DNA of 45,981 nucleotides from Perkinsus olseni. Lineage: Eukaryota. The notes beneath the pieces are model-generated. The model had not been told where the DNA came from. It did not search any database and saw nothing but the letters and a program-made list of their open reading frames with translations. Positions 22,094-35,234 of the stretch are shown here, one piece after another (within the stretch, counting starts at the first letter, position 1; each line of letters begins with the position of its first letter). A program made the position numbers and the translations under genes. The stretch lies in contig JABANN010000042.1 in the NCBI GenBank assembly GCA_013115125.1, forward strand, positions 62,001 to 107,981, read 5' to 3'.

Positions 22094-23292
22094 ATGCGAC
22101 TGGCGGCCATTGGGTCACTACTAGCGATCGGATACGGCGCCAAGGTGAACCTTTCAATACACTTGAGCCGTAGTAACAACGTCAAGTGCATCGGGGAGGA
22201 GTTCTCTAGAGGGCAGCTCCTGGTAATGCGGGAATGCTTTCGTTGCCGCGGTAGTCGTACGTCGTCGTCGTGCTTTTCGCAGCTGTTCTTCGTTGCTGCT
22301 CCTAAGGCGAGTCGTCTCACTTCAGGTTGTTGATGCAAAGATTCTCTCCAGCGAGGAGGATACATCGTCCCTCATCGATCTCGTAGCACCTCTAAGGCCT
22401 CTAGTGTCTTTACGACGGCTCAGGTGGTCAGACCAGGCGTGGAGTACGATATGCTAGGTTCGGGTATGCCGTTGAACTTGTATGAGGTTGGGGTAAGCTC
22501 ACTGTTGGCTTGCGAGACGAGTGGCTTCGGTGCAGGTTGATGGTGTGCTGGTTGCGGAGCACGACCGGAAGACGGTCAAGGCCGCTGCCACTGTCGCGGA
22601 GGTAGGCCGGTGGGGGTCTTCTTCTGAGCTGTTCTCGATCAGGATGGGCCTCATTGGATTTGTATCGGTCTGTCGAGGAATGCTATGAGGGTCCCTAGTG
22701 ATGTTCTGCTGGATTTGAGGTGATCACTTCCTGTGGTACGCGGGCGAGTGTATTTTGTGAAGGTACGGTGGCGATGCTGCGGACTTCACACAGCTAGCTA
22801 ACAAGGACCATCTAGATGCTACTCAAGTAGGGTGGTATGGCCGAATTGTAATAGTAATGAAGAGCATGGTATTTCAACTGCTGTTTACGTCAATATTTGT
22901 TCCGCGAAATTCGAGTATGGGAAGGGGCAAAGAACCCCAGTAGCCCCCCCGTAGCGGTCCGAAGCCGCTATTAGTGCTTATTAGTGTATTCTTGTAGTCG
23001 GGTTATTGTTTCGGTCGCGAACTTTCAGGTGGAGCTTCATCGGATACAGGTCATCCTCAAGGAGTATCATAAAACCTTATTTTATATGAGGGAAAGAGAC
23101 GAGCGAATGCGGCAGACGACAGAAAGTCGAAGCCGCGGCCTTCTCGCTCGACCGCTGTTTCACGCCGTTCTTGCAGGTACGTCCGCGCGGCTGGTCATGT
23201 TCTCTCTATTGAACGCTGGCATCGTCATCGCCGCGGCGGGTCTGCAAATACTCTACTACAGGCGGTACTTCACACGCAAGAAAATGATCTAA
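22094..23292 (+). CDS. p24/emp24/TMED GOLD-domain cargo receptor
   Basis: Signal peptide, KCIGEE, YMRERDERMRQTTES|TSARLVMFS, a TM segment and a YFTRKKMI dilysine tail. Multi-exon. Confidence 0.9.
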
Positions 23293-23410
23293 CAACCATG
23301 ACTCGCATGCCACTACTCGGTTTTCCGTCATTTTGTCTGCTGCTGAGTTGACCGGTCTTCCCATCGGAAAAGGTTCCGTTAGTTTGTAGTGTTCTCTCAT
23401 ATTTATCATC

Positions 23411-24232
23411 ATGCTTTCTTCCGTCTCCTCCCGTCTATTGGTCACCCCTCGTGCCGTAGCGCCCCTTCTGAGGGTAGCCACGACGGCCCAACGCTCCATG
23501 GCATCCTCGGCCAGGGTTCGCTTTGTTCAACAACAGCCTACCAGCCTACACGGTGTCTCCTACCGCTCCTTCGCCTCATCATCGTCGGCAGCAGCATGCT
23601 CTAACAAGGACTGCTGTAATCTGCACTGCCCCAAGTGTGACTTTGTCATGAATTCTTTCTGTCCCTTCTGTCCGTCATGCGACTCCCTTCAACCAGAGAA
23701 GCCTCGTGATTGCCCCACTGATTACTTCTGCCTCCTCAACCAGCCCCACAAGTACAGCATCGACACTACCGGTGCTGAGCAGTGCTACAGGAAGCTTCAA
23801 AATAGACTACATCCTGACAAAGCCGCTCATATCGAAGGGGCCGATCCTGAGGTCGCTGCCGCCGACTCCGCGATGGTCAATGATGCAATAAAGGTTCTTC
23901 GGTCTCCCTTGAAGAGAGCTGAGCATCTTCTACAGCTGGAGACGGGCGTCAAGGCTGATGATGATGAAGCTGATGGTATGGGTAACATGGACCCTAGCGT
24001 GCTCATGGAGATGCTCGAGTACAACGAGGAGATCGATGACGCTGAGGGCGATGAGAAGGAGATGTTGAAACTCACTCAGGAGAATGACGATCGGATAAAG
24101 GAATGCGAAGATGAGCTCACTAGACTGTGTGACGAGGCCCGTGATTGGGAGGCTGTCGAGACGGAAGTTAACCGTTTGCGATTCCTCGTTCGGATAGACG
24201 ACAGGTTGAAGGGTACTATCAACAAAATGTGA
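23411..24232 (+). CDS. hscB: Fe-S cluster co-chaperone HscB/Jac1/HSC20, mitochondrial
   Basis: Presequence, CPKC...CPSC..LQ metal finger, J-domain with LHPDK, PLKRAEHLL and an acidic C-terminal domain. Intronless. Confidence 0.92.
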   Translation: MLSSVSSRLLVTPRAVAPLLRVATTAQRSMASSARVRFVQQQPTSLHGVSYRSFASSSSAAACSNKDCCNLHCPKCDFVMNSFCPFCPSCDSLQPEKPRDCPTDYFCLLNQPHKYSIDTTGAEQCYRKLQNRLHPDKAAHIEGADPEVAAADSAMVNDAIKVLRSPLKRAEHLLQLETGVKADDDEADGMGNMDPSVLMEMLEYNEEIDDAEGDEKEMLKLTQENDDRIKECEDELTRLCDEARDWEAVETEVNRLRFLVRIDDRLKGTINKM

Positions 24233-24941
24233 AGTACTCTCTTCCCTATTGGCCTCTGATGACAGCATCGTTGTTGTATATTGAATATCATATAGATCGG
24301 TTTCTACTCAGCGATTGAATCCTTCTGCGTTCTCTGTTGTTACGTGGTGGTGATGCCCTACTGTTCACGCAACCGCATGCCGCTAGACAAATACCGGAGG
24401 ACCAAGAAAGAGCCCATCCATCATCACAAGCAAAGGTTCCAGTTCTGCCGCCGTTTGAATGACCCCCCTAATAGCCCGACAACTGTTGCATAGGTTTTCG
24501 TTTATAACTATCTGTAGGAACAACCGGGTAGAATCTTCGAAAGCCCGTACAAGAGGTAAGTGCTGTTGCGGCTGCTACTGACTTAGGCTGTCTGATATAA
24601 TGTGTCATTTACTGTCCCCTTTCACGTCAGATGGGAAGTGAGCATCCGCATGAGTTCTGCTGATTAGCTTGCCTCACTCTGCTTGGGTGGAGAAGAGCAA
24701 TTAGATAGGCTGCGTTAGGTTTCTCTCACCTTACGACATAAGGCTTACGTTGTCTGAAAGAACGCCTTCTGAGTTGCCTGACCGCCTTATTGCCACTGAG
24801 GCTTGGGGGCCTTCGCTCACAGGCACCGACCTAGTCCCCCCTCTCGTTTCCTGTCTATCCCATTCACAAACCCAACAGGGCAGTCTTACTCCATCATAAG
24901 AACATGAACAGGGGCACTCACAGTTCACATGTCTCATAGCG

Positions 24942-26286
24942 TCAATTATCAAGCAAAGCCATCCCGTGACTGCTATAATCGACGTGAACAGCACGTGCCT
25001 TGACCAACGGCGTGCCAAGGCCGCTAACCGCCTTATAACGGACATACACACCGACTTCGCCCCGCACTATCTTGCCGCAGTAGTGTTCAGGATGTAGTTC
25101 AATCGGGATGGTCTTGGACTCGTCACCCAATCGGATTCGTAGGACCGGTAGATACGCCCGAGCTTGGCCCCTGACCCAGAGGAAGCCCTGCTTGTCTCGC
25201 CACCATAGTGCAGCGATTTCCGCAGCATCATAACCATCTGCCCTCAGCCCACCCGTCATGGCGTTCAGAACAGCTTCTTGTAAACCGGGGTAAGGCAGAC
25301 CAACGGTGTTGTGACCCGTGTCTAATATCGTAAAACCTCTGGTCTCCGAGATGGGGCAAGGCGCGGTACCAAGCTAGCGTCGGAAAGGTCGACAGGACCT
25401 CACGACGGCAGCGAGGGAAACGCGAAGGCAAACTGTGCCGAGGCCGAAGGCGATGCTGCAAGTGGCGATCGCGGTCCGGCAGGCACAAGTTTGGTGATTG
25501 AAGCCCAACCTTGCCACATATCGGAGGCCGAGGAATGGGATGAAGCCTACCAAATACGCCATCCAACAGAGTAGCAAGAGATCGATTAAACACCGGATCG
25601 TCCGCAAGGTTTAGAGTTCTGTTGGCCATCTCAGATTCTTCCGGCGCGTCGCCGAGCGTCAACTGCCCCGAGATGGAGTTCCTCGCTGTGAAGTGGCTCC
25701 TTTGCGTTACGACCGTGTAGGACAGGCGGCCGATAAGGTCGTTGCGTTTGAGAGCATCGAGAACGATTTGACGATTAGGCCAATGGTAGAACGGAGGTGA
25801 TTGCGGTGGCAAGGCAGCTACCCCGAAGTGACCCCACGGTCGCCAGCCTTCAACATCCCACACTGTATACCGCGATACTGTAAAGCTGAAGTTGCGAACG
25901 CTTTGACCATCCAGTGTCGCAACACCAGAGGGAATAATACTTTCCAGTACCACACCACCACCAAAACGCGATCTTACTACTGGCTCATCCTCTCCGAAAC
26001 TACAGGGCTCTTCTTTCGGACAGAAGTAACAGCCGGACGGGCGTTTCGAGCACGAGCCTTTGCCGTACTTCTCCTCAAACCAATGACCATCGACCACTGA
26101 GAGGTCTGAGAAGCCCGAGTCCAACAACAGATCAACTCGTTGCCTGGTAACATCCACCGTCACATAATTCTCCTTGACGGGCAGGGTCAAGGTTTTTGAA
26201 AGGCCCACTCGGACGGCCGGGGAGGCTTCACAGAGAAAGCTCCGCGTAGCGGTGAGTAACACCGCGGGAAAAGCAGGCCCCCACAT
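24942..26286 (-). CDS. Secreted pepsin-like (A1) aspartyl protease
   Basis: Signal peptide MWGPAFPAVLLTA; catalytic motifs LLLDSG and TILDTG lie in different frames and are joined if 25374-25557 is a GT-AG intron. C-terminal LGTPL...VHVDY. Confidence 0.75.
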
Positions 26287-26465
26287 AATGAGAGGGAGGG
26301 AACACCTACTGGACTGCCGCTCTCCCATGAGAGTATTAAATGCCATCACGCATGCCACCCGGGCCCACCATCGTAACACAACCATCGGCAGGGTGACAGA
26401 AACATGGTTACGGAAACACCATTTATTGTGGCAAGATGGTTCATGAAAATCGGGGGGCGAATATT

Positions 26466-29400
26466 TCAGATGAATTTTTCTGCAATAAAGTTGGGTTGTG
26501 GTTTGTCCCGCATCTTCGCATAGAAGTCGCCTCCCTTCTTCTTCATCTGCCTGTACTGGTCATAAGGCAAGCTCGGATCCTTGCCACCGCTCCTCTTATC
26601 AATGTGCTCCCAGTACCTACCCCCACGACCACAGTCAACAGTTCTCTCCCATCTCCCTAGTCAACGCCGGCTCGTACCGCTCCCTCGCTTCATGCAACGG
26701 AGTGGCGTCCAGCGTGGTTAGGCCCTCCTTGGCAAGTAGCAGCTCATGCTGGCGTATCTCTAATTCGTCCAGCTTCTTCCGTCTGCTAACCTTATCAAAC
26801 ATCTGAAGGAAGGTCCCAAGATAGGTGCGACGCTCCATTTTCCATAACAGCCTATCCAACCACAGCACAGGGTAGTGCTAAATGAGTGTTAATCATATTG
26901 ACACTCTTCGGGTTTCAAGTTGTCTTGTATAACAGCCATTCCGCGCAATACCGCCCCACCGCCAACTCCTAAGCCCACCTGTTGCCTGCTGTTCAACACG
27001 AGCTTTGCCACCATATGATGGAGCTGCACCACCTTCCGGCCCACCTTTGCCAGTCGACCCGCCTGGTACGGCAGCGGCATCACTCCCCGACTGTACCTGA
27101 CAAGACGGGAGAATTTTCTCCTGCAAGAGTTTCTCGTTGGTTCGTACATGTCGTCGAGAACGGCGAGAGTGGCCCGACTGCTCTTAGAGTTCATCGCCAC
27201 GTCCAATGCCAGTCGAAGCATCTCCTCGCTCATCTGCGGTGGGCAGGCATCGGGGTCCCCAGAGCACGGTACCACCACAGCATCAGTCTGAGAAGAGAGG
27301 AGTAGTAACACATAGTGATCATACTGCAATGCAGTAGATGATATGTAAGCACGTGTTACTAAACCTAGCTCTCCATCAGGTGATAATAGAGGACTATGTC
27401 TACGCCAACTATTGAACTACTAGTATCAGTACAAATAAACCAGACAAGCTTTGTATTGATAAATGCAAAATCCATCAATATAACATTTACACCAGAGCAC
27501 GCGACTCAGATAGTCGTCCGAGGATTCGATAGGAGGAGCTGCGCCCTACATGTTGGCCGGGAACCACGACGGAGTGGATGGGACTTCAAGTGTATCTCCT
27601 ACCTCCCTTTCGACCACTTCAACGAGGGCGTTGTTCTCCCCCTTTGCCTTGCTGCTCTCATCCACAGTTTTGAAGTGTTCCTTCATTTGAGTGTACAACG
27701 CCATGAACCTCGCGTTATCACCCATCCCTTTGCCCAGCATCCTCAACAGCGTCTCGTAACTGTAAGGATAGCTGCTCATCATCATCATCATCATCATACC
27801 ACTCCCTCGTTAACTTACGTTCGAACGGTCGGGGCCACCCCAAAGGAAGCGTACTGCTGTACCATATCGATGGCGTGGCTGGCGAACCCACCAGCAGCAT
27901 AAACCTATCATTAATGAAAAATCGTGGGCCGGTCCCCCACCGAGGCCCACACCGAGCTTCAAGACATGAGAACTCAGGCCCCGAGCTTAGTTGCGTTACC
28001 TTGGTGATCTCGTCCAGGACATCCGCGGTAAGCTTGTTATTGCTCTCTCGCAGGGCAGCCACTATGTGCCATGCACAGCGAAGATGCGATACTCGTTCGA
28101 AGTCCGTAGTGCCCTTCAACTGCATAGCCGAGCCGAACACTCTTATACACAACCTAAACAGACTATGCCCTCCCCCATCCCCCATCCCCTCACCCGTGCA
28201 TCTGTGTGGTCAGCGGTACCCCGGCAAGGCGTATAGCCCGCAGTGTTGCCTGGAGCCTCGGGACCTTAAACGGCAAACGCATGGATGGTCGAAAGATTCT
28301 CCAGGTCCTTTCCTACATCGCCGAGAGTAGCGCAGGCCTGAAGGAGTCCCCTCGCGATGGGTATGGTCATGGACATGTCCTCAGCTTGCATCTGGTTCCA
28401 AATCTCGAAAGCTCGAGGAGAGAAGTACTTATCTGTGCTGTAACAAAGAATCAACTCCTGAGAACAGCGAGTCGTCAAGAGGGCATCACACAGTCAGGAA
28501 AGGGAAACCCTAAATGGTGAAAGAGAATGCGGTGGCCACTTGGCGACCAAGTCCTCCTACTGCCGCGAACGGCACGGCACGACTTTAATACCACATTTCT
28601 CCCTACAAATCCTCTCCATACCCCTACACTCTAATCCCCTGATAGCAATGCTCCTGCCGAGCTACATGAGAGAACGGCGGTGAAAGAGCAATTTTCCCGG
28701 GGGCACGTCTTCCTAATTTTTCTCAAAGCCCCTATAGGATTGATGGAGTGCCTCCGCCAAACCACAGGGAACCGACCTGGTAAGTGATGTCTGTCGGGAA
28801 CTGTCCACTCTGTTTCATATCTTCAAAGATCCCCATAGCCCTCTCGCACTCGTCCTTCTTCCGACACGCCTTTATCATCACTGTGAACAGCACCGAGTCC
28901 TGAGCCACAACCTAAGGCCACCGCCGAAGGGAAACCCTCACCGGTTGAACTTCCTTGAACGATCGCGCGTCCCAGAACTGCTCCCAGGCGACTTCGTATC
29001 TTCCTGCCTTCACCAATCCGTCAATCAGCATGGTGTAGATCTCCACACCTGCATAGCCACCGTCACTGCGCCACGAAATTAAGAGTCCCATCGCACCCGG
29101 TTTGAGTCCCTCGTCCTCCATTTTCCGCATTAGTGCAAATCCACTGGTAATATCCCTGGTGCGAATATGCGCCTTTATCAAGGCCCCGTAGACCTGACCA
29201 GGGGGATCGACTTTATCAACTCAGATTAGATCCGAACTTCATAAGAACCGCAGTAGTTGAGAAGGTAAAAGAACAGCACTGGGGAACCGAGAAGTTCGCT
29301 CATTCGATATCAAGCGAAGGAAGTTATTTCCACCATCGGCGGCGGGCCCCCTACCATTCTACTCGACTCTTGCAAGTTTCGATTTATACTATCCGTGTAT

Positions 29401-32240
29401 CAGTGTGTTGCCAGCAGCCACAGCAGGTCGCCTACTACTACTTCCCGCAGACCCAGCTGATCTCTGGCTCAACTTCACCCGCATAGTACAGCGGCCCCGA
29501 GACGAGAGCGTCACCAAGCAAACACTATGTTAACCTACCCCACCTTAGGTGTCGCTGCAATAAGATGCTCCCGCATCTTGAGATAGACTTTCCGCGCCAG
29601 CTCCGCCTCATCATGGCAGGCAATCATCAGGCTTACCTAACTCGACCATTCAGAAGGAGTAGCATATCCGGGAAGGGACTGACGTAGGTATCATCGTTTG
29701 TCTCGAAGCCATGTTCAATCATCTTGTCATGGACCTCCAGCGCTTCCGCCAGCACCTTGGCCTTCTTACGCCCCCTCGCAGCGGCCACTCGACTACCGAT
29801 GGACCGGATGAGCAGATTGATGTTCTCGGTGGAGCCTTCACCGGACTCGAGGAGCTGAAAAATTGCGCATCATCCACCGGCCGTCGACCGTGAGGGGTGA
29901 ATCAGTACAAAACAGTAGGAAAAATATCTTTACGCAGGGATACGCCGCAAAAGCCCGGGAGTCCAAATGTATGCTTCCTTCTGTCTGGATCAAACTTCAT
30001 AACAAGAGCTCCTCCGTAACCCGTGCAACATCTATTACCTTAGCGAACGATGTCCCTTTACAGGCGGCCAAGTCCTGGGTTCTCTTCGTATGCTCGATGC
30101 CAGCGCCAGTACCGCAATACCCCTCCCTCAGGAGCATCTCCGGTGATATGCCGGTGGCCGCATACTTGGCCGCAGCAGCTCGCAACTGCCCTATTATCTG
30201 AAGGCGAGTGACTCAGAAATCCTCCCATACTGGCGAGTCTCCTAGGAGGTAAAGAAGGGACAGAGAAAACATTCCAGCCATGCGACAGGGTGCTCTACTC
30301 CACCAACTCAACATTTCCAAGGTCATCTCCTCGAGATCGAACCACTCTGTGACGCCATGAAGTGAGTCCGTGATGGCGCAATAAGCGCGAGAGCATACTA
30401 TCCCTCAGCCCTACTGACTGCTACAGTGGAGCGCCATCAGTCCCCAGCTACGTCCAAGGCCCACCTTCCGACGAACCACTCACATTAGTGCCAACATCAG
30501 TGATGAGCTTCCTGTCTGTCGCCGTCAGTGGCGACTCTTCCGTCACAGACTCTCCCTCCTCTCGGTACTTCTCCTTTTCAAACTTGTCGTACTCCGGTGC
30601 CTCCCTCTTCTCCCCTCCCTTGGACGCCATACACTGCTGAATGCTCGCTGCCTCAGCGTTGATGTCTATACTATCAGGATTCCCCAAATACTTCCTCGCG
30701 AACCGGGTCGGAGACACCGCCTGACCCATCGAACGATCTAACCACCGCGCTTGCCATCACCAGACCAACCTCCCTTGTTTTGGCATCAATCCTTGACGGC
30801 TGTTTCCCCACCAAGTCCAACACCCCACCCATGAACGCTCCAGGTGGGTCCTCCTCATGCGACCGCTTCGGTTTGCTCTCGGGACCTGCGCGGCTGGACT
30901 GCGAGGGGTCGGAGTTTGGCTGCCTTTACCCTTCTCGTTGAACGTGCGGCCCTCGGACCATTCTCCGGACCATTCGAGCGTGCCTGGCTCTCGCTTCCGC
31001 TGCCGACGTTTTTTATGCCAAAACCATTCCGATACCGGGACTTTATCACCCATTTTCTTACGGTACAGATCCCGAACCTACTAGAGAGCATCTACTGTTA
31101 CATATCTACGAATGAATATCCTAAGCACTTCGTCGTCCGAGCTGAGCGAGGCTCCGTTGCACTACAAGCACACTTGTGCATTTCTGTTCGATCATCGTCT
31201 CCCTGTTCTTTCTCAATCCCACTTCCCATCCATTCAGAGTCAACCGCGAGGATAAGTTAGAGACAACCTCATGCGTTCTTCATCTTTCTCTCGCCCGTCA
31301 CGGAAGACCGGAGTTTGCCATCCCGAGATGGCGCAGGATTTTCATCTGACTACAGCCTCGCTCGCGTATCGATCTCGGCATACCAAAAATCACAGACTTT
31401 TTAACGGAGGCATGAGGATTCCGAATCGCGGAATTCGCACGGTCCCACAAAACTCGGAGAGGCCTAGCAGATTGCAACCATCTACAAGGAACACTCTCTC
31501 CCTCAATAGATCCCCATACGTAGAACAGAGGGAACTACGCGGGCTACGGCCTGGGAGTCTTACCTTCTGGATACCGTTCTCTCGGAAGACACTGGAGCCG
31601 GGCAAGCCAAGATCTTCCAGATGCATCGACTCTCCGCCCTGTATGTAGATTCGGTGATCTCGAGGCATGCCTGCCACGGGCCGAACGACCATCCGTCGTA
31701 GTCGGGCGCTGTTGCGTTGCTGGATAGCTTCGAGCCTCTTTTGCCCCTCTACTGTCGCGACGTCCGGGAAGTCCGCAGAGGCTGCGTCTGATGATTCTAT
31801 CAGACCTGATAGGGAGGTCGACTTTGGCAAATCGCGGAGAGAAAGATACTCGAGCAGGACCCGGAACTCACCAGCATTGATGCCTTTAATGACTTTCTGT
31901 TCATCCGGTGCTACTCGTTTTGACTCTCTTCCTCTGATTGCCCAGGGCTTGAAGTGCCCCAGAGGAGCCTTCCGCTTCGGCCGCTTACTCAGGGTCGGGG
32001 CGTCGTAGAAGCTCGCCCTACATGAAACAAGAATGTCGTGTCATCACTATCAGCCGATCCTTATTCAAGTGGTCGAGAGGGACGAATCTCAATCGATGAA
32101 AAGAAGTGCTCTCGTGGAGCTGTAATAACAGCAACAGCAGAGACGTATACAAGAGTGCGCTCTACCGAGATCCGGTTGAATCGAAGCGCGCTTGGACCCG
32201 CAGAATGAAGCAAGTGCTTTGGCGCAGTGTTCCGCGGCAT
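26466..32240 (-). CDS. Pentatricopeptide-repeat (PPR) protein, multi-exon
   Basis: PPR motifs VYGALIKAH...MEDEGLKP, IYTMLIDGLVKAGRYEVAWEQF, DSVLFTVMIKAC...QFPTDITY at 28780-29720. Stop at 26466. Whether exons at 31060-32240 belong to this gene is uncertain. Confidence 0.75.
27777..27796. repeat. (CAT)n microsatellite in a PPR intron
   Basis: A catcatcatcat... run is directly visible. Confidence 0.8.
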
Positions 32241-32336
32241 GCGTTGACCGAGCACGAAGTTGACGCGTAAATTTCGTTCTCTACCAACGAAATACGACTA
32301 AACCTAATTCGCCATCGGACAAGAGAGACCGGCTCA

Positions 32337-33170
32337 TGGCCTCAACAATGATCACCACTTGACCATCCGGGGGTTCGCAAAACTAACGTATGATGGTGCC
32401 AGGTTGATTAGTGTGCTCCGCAGAGCGCCAAGATACTCACTTTCGGAAGGTTGCTCCAGCCGCAGTTGCCGTTCTCATGACAGCAGCAGCGTCGGTATAT
32501 CGTCTACTTTGAAACATCAGAGAATGACCAGATCGTCCATGAGGCGACCAAAGATACGCCGTGAGACGGGAAGGGAAGGCCCTCATGGGACGAGCGCTAC
32601 AAAAACTACAGACTACGGGTGGCTCCAGCCCCACAAGGTATTGAACTACGCCCAAGGACCAGCATCACTGCAGCAACGCAGCATGAAGTTCTTGAAGTCG
32701 GTATTATGAATGGCCCGGGCAACCGCCGCAGTGCAAAGCACTACGAGAGTCTCTTGGATGGAAGACTTGCCTCGGACGCTCTGTAGATCTTCCATGTTGT
32801 ATGCTATCACCGTCGTCGCCGAATTGTGGGCATCAAGCCAACCCCGTGAGGTGGGTGCAGTTGGCGAGTGGAAAGCACAGGAAAGATGATCCGAGTAACG
32901 GAGTATGATACGCCCAGGCCACACTGCATCTGTCAGCTGTTGGGCTATACAGAGACGGCCACTTCACGGAGCGTTTTACTTTCTTTGCGTTATGACATTT
33001 TTATCGGAACATTAATATTGGGTGTGACAAGGTGCAGCTTGGGTTACGCCCGTTGATTGGTCATGTCTTATTCAGGTAGTTTCGCGTCCACCCTTCCCAC
33101 CGCCGAGTAGTGGCATCCTCTCGACTAAACCCACTGATGGAAGCTGGAGGCTCAGTATTGTCTATTAACT
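32337..33170 (+). CDS. Possible small hypothetical multi-exon gene
   Basis: Open segments can be joined through GT-AG pairs (RRPKIR|HYGWLQPHKVLNYAQGPASLQQRSMKFLK|SSMLYAITVVAELW). No recognisable domain. Confidence 0.25.
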
Positions 33171-33277
33171 AGTCAATTTTTAAATCGCTCATCTGGGCGC
33201 GCGCTACTGCCTTTGAAGACCGTAGTCCACTTTGCGCAGCAGCCGACCGCAGTAGTGGTTACTGCTCTGTCGACCGT

Positions 33278-34611
33278 ATGGTGGGGTTGCCGCGTGATGA
33301 GCATGTCCGGTATTCACGGGTCGTTGATTTTATCAAGTGGGCTAAGGGCGCCGTAATAGTAAATTACACCGCGGTCATTGACCGTCCTCTGCGGCCTTCG
33401 CTGGTGGAACAGAATTCTGGCTGGGGACGCCGCAACAGTGAGTTCTGAGAGTGTAGGGCAAACACCCCTTCGTTTGTGACGCGCTTCAACCTTAGATTCG
33501 TCAGGGCAGCTTGTTCGGGACGTATTCGGTGCATCAGACAGTATTATCCTAAATGTGTCCATGGTCCCTTTATTGCCCTTCCTAACCCTAATACCGTCCT
33601 CCCCAGCCCTGCGGCATGCTCACGATGGACGCGGCGCCGATCCATCCTCGTACATGGAGAAGGCAGCACCATGGTAATACTCTCTTAGGGCTGCCTTTCC
33701 TACGGCCAGGCTCAGGTACCCCTACATGGCGCCTTACGGTGGTGCTTACGGCCCTTACGGCCCGCCAGCCTACTACCCGACTATGTACGCTGGCATACCC
33801 CCACAGCAGCTGCAGTTCCAACCTCCGGGAGTAGGAGGAGACCCAGGTTCGATTCCTGGTATGGGTACCTCTGTGCCTGCACCTATCATGGTAGTACTCT
33901 AGCGCTTCGTCGCTCCCGCCAAATTGTTGTCTAGTAGGCTCCTGGTCCGCCACAACAGCCGGCCTACTTCCCCCCTCCCCAGCCCCCCTCCCTACCCCAG
34001 TGGCCGGTAGCCGCCCCTCAGTCGTATGCCCTAGCACGACCACCTCTATCACCGGTAGTATTAGTGGCGGGCCCCGTCCCAAGTGAGATGGCTATATCGG
34101 CTAGGTGCCTGATGATGGCCTTGGGATGGATGCGCCTGCCGTGTCCTCTCCTCAAAGCAGTCCTTCATCGAAAATGCTGCTTGAGAACATATTGTCGGAA
34201 TCCAGCGGAGCGATGCAGACGCTCGCCTCGGGTACTAGGGCTGAGAACTTCATCTCACTGTGAAGATCGTCCTCAGGGACGGATGTATCCAAACCGGACA
34301 AGCAGGAATTTTATGCTACAACCACGACCATAACGCCTGTCACGACGACTACGACTAAGTCGGTCGATCCGTTGACCGCGGCGCTCGCGGAGGCTGAAAA
34401 GAAAGTTAGGGAGAGTTCACAAGGTGAGGCTTCAGTAGTTCCTACGGGTGGCAGAAGTCATCAGCACATTCAGAGCTGGAAGCGAAGGCTAAGGCAGAGG
34501 CAGCGAGATCCCCAGCGGACATCGTCAAGGAGCTACAGCAGTACACACCTCAGCGGCCGCCGTCCCCAACACCGTCATTGGCGGCAAGGAGAGGAGGGGA
34601 GGTTGAAGTAG
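33278..34611 (+). CDS. Hypothetical Pro/Tyr/Thr-rich low-complexity protein
   Basis: Exons YMAPYGGAYGPYGPPAYYPTMY, PQQPAYFPPPQPP and TTTTTKSVDPLTAALAEAEKK are separated by short GT-AG introns. The start is uncertain. Confidence 0.5.
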
Positions 34612-35234
34612 GGCTGGGCTGTGATGGTAGGGGTTCTGATTCTTCGTTGTTATCACTCGGATTAACAATCGCTGGTCACCGGTATTGGTGATAATGATCA
34701 TGGTCTCGGTCATGGTTCTATCGGACCTAGCAGAACACTGAGAGATGTAAAAGAAACTGTTTTTATTGGTACCCTTGACAGTAGCCTTTTCCTCGAAATG
34801 CAGTATCAGCTGGTTTTAGTATGCAGAAACAGCGGATGATTGTCCTCTTACTGTCAGGCGACCTTGCCCAAGTTCGACCATGTCCCCAACTGGCGCGACC
34901 TCTTAGGGTCCAGCTTCCACTCTAATTTCGGAGAGGCTCCGGTAGATGAAGAAGACCACATTCGCGTTAAGGCCCTCGATGACGAGGACATATTGGCAGG
35001 AGGTGCGGATGCGGTAGTACTGAGTACATGGATAGGTGCCCAATGCAGCATCGTTGGTGTGTAGGGGGGCAGCGATCTGCCGTCGACCAGTGGGCAAATC
35101 TAGCTGATACATGCTGGGCATGATAAACCTCTGTTGTTGATGCTGAGTGTTGGGTTGATTGGACGCTGGTGACAGACTGTTGCTGTAGTTTTGTGAGGCT
35201 CCACTACAACTACTTGATTTTACTATCGCTCATC

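Noticed and set aside
33795..33867. Perfect T-arm CCAGG-TTCGATT-CCTGG suggesting a tRNA
   Set aside because: No D-arm or anticodon stem and a weak acceptor stem; it lies inside a Pro/Gly-rich coding exon (GDPGSIPG).
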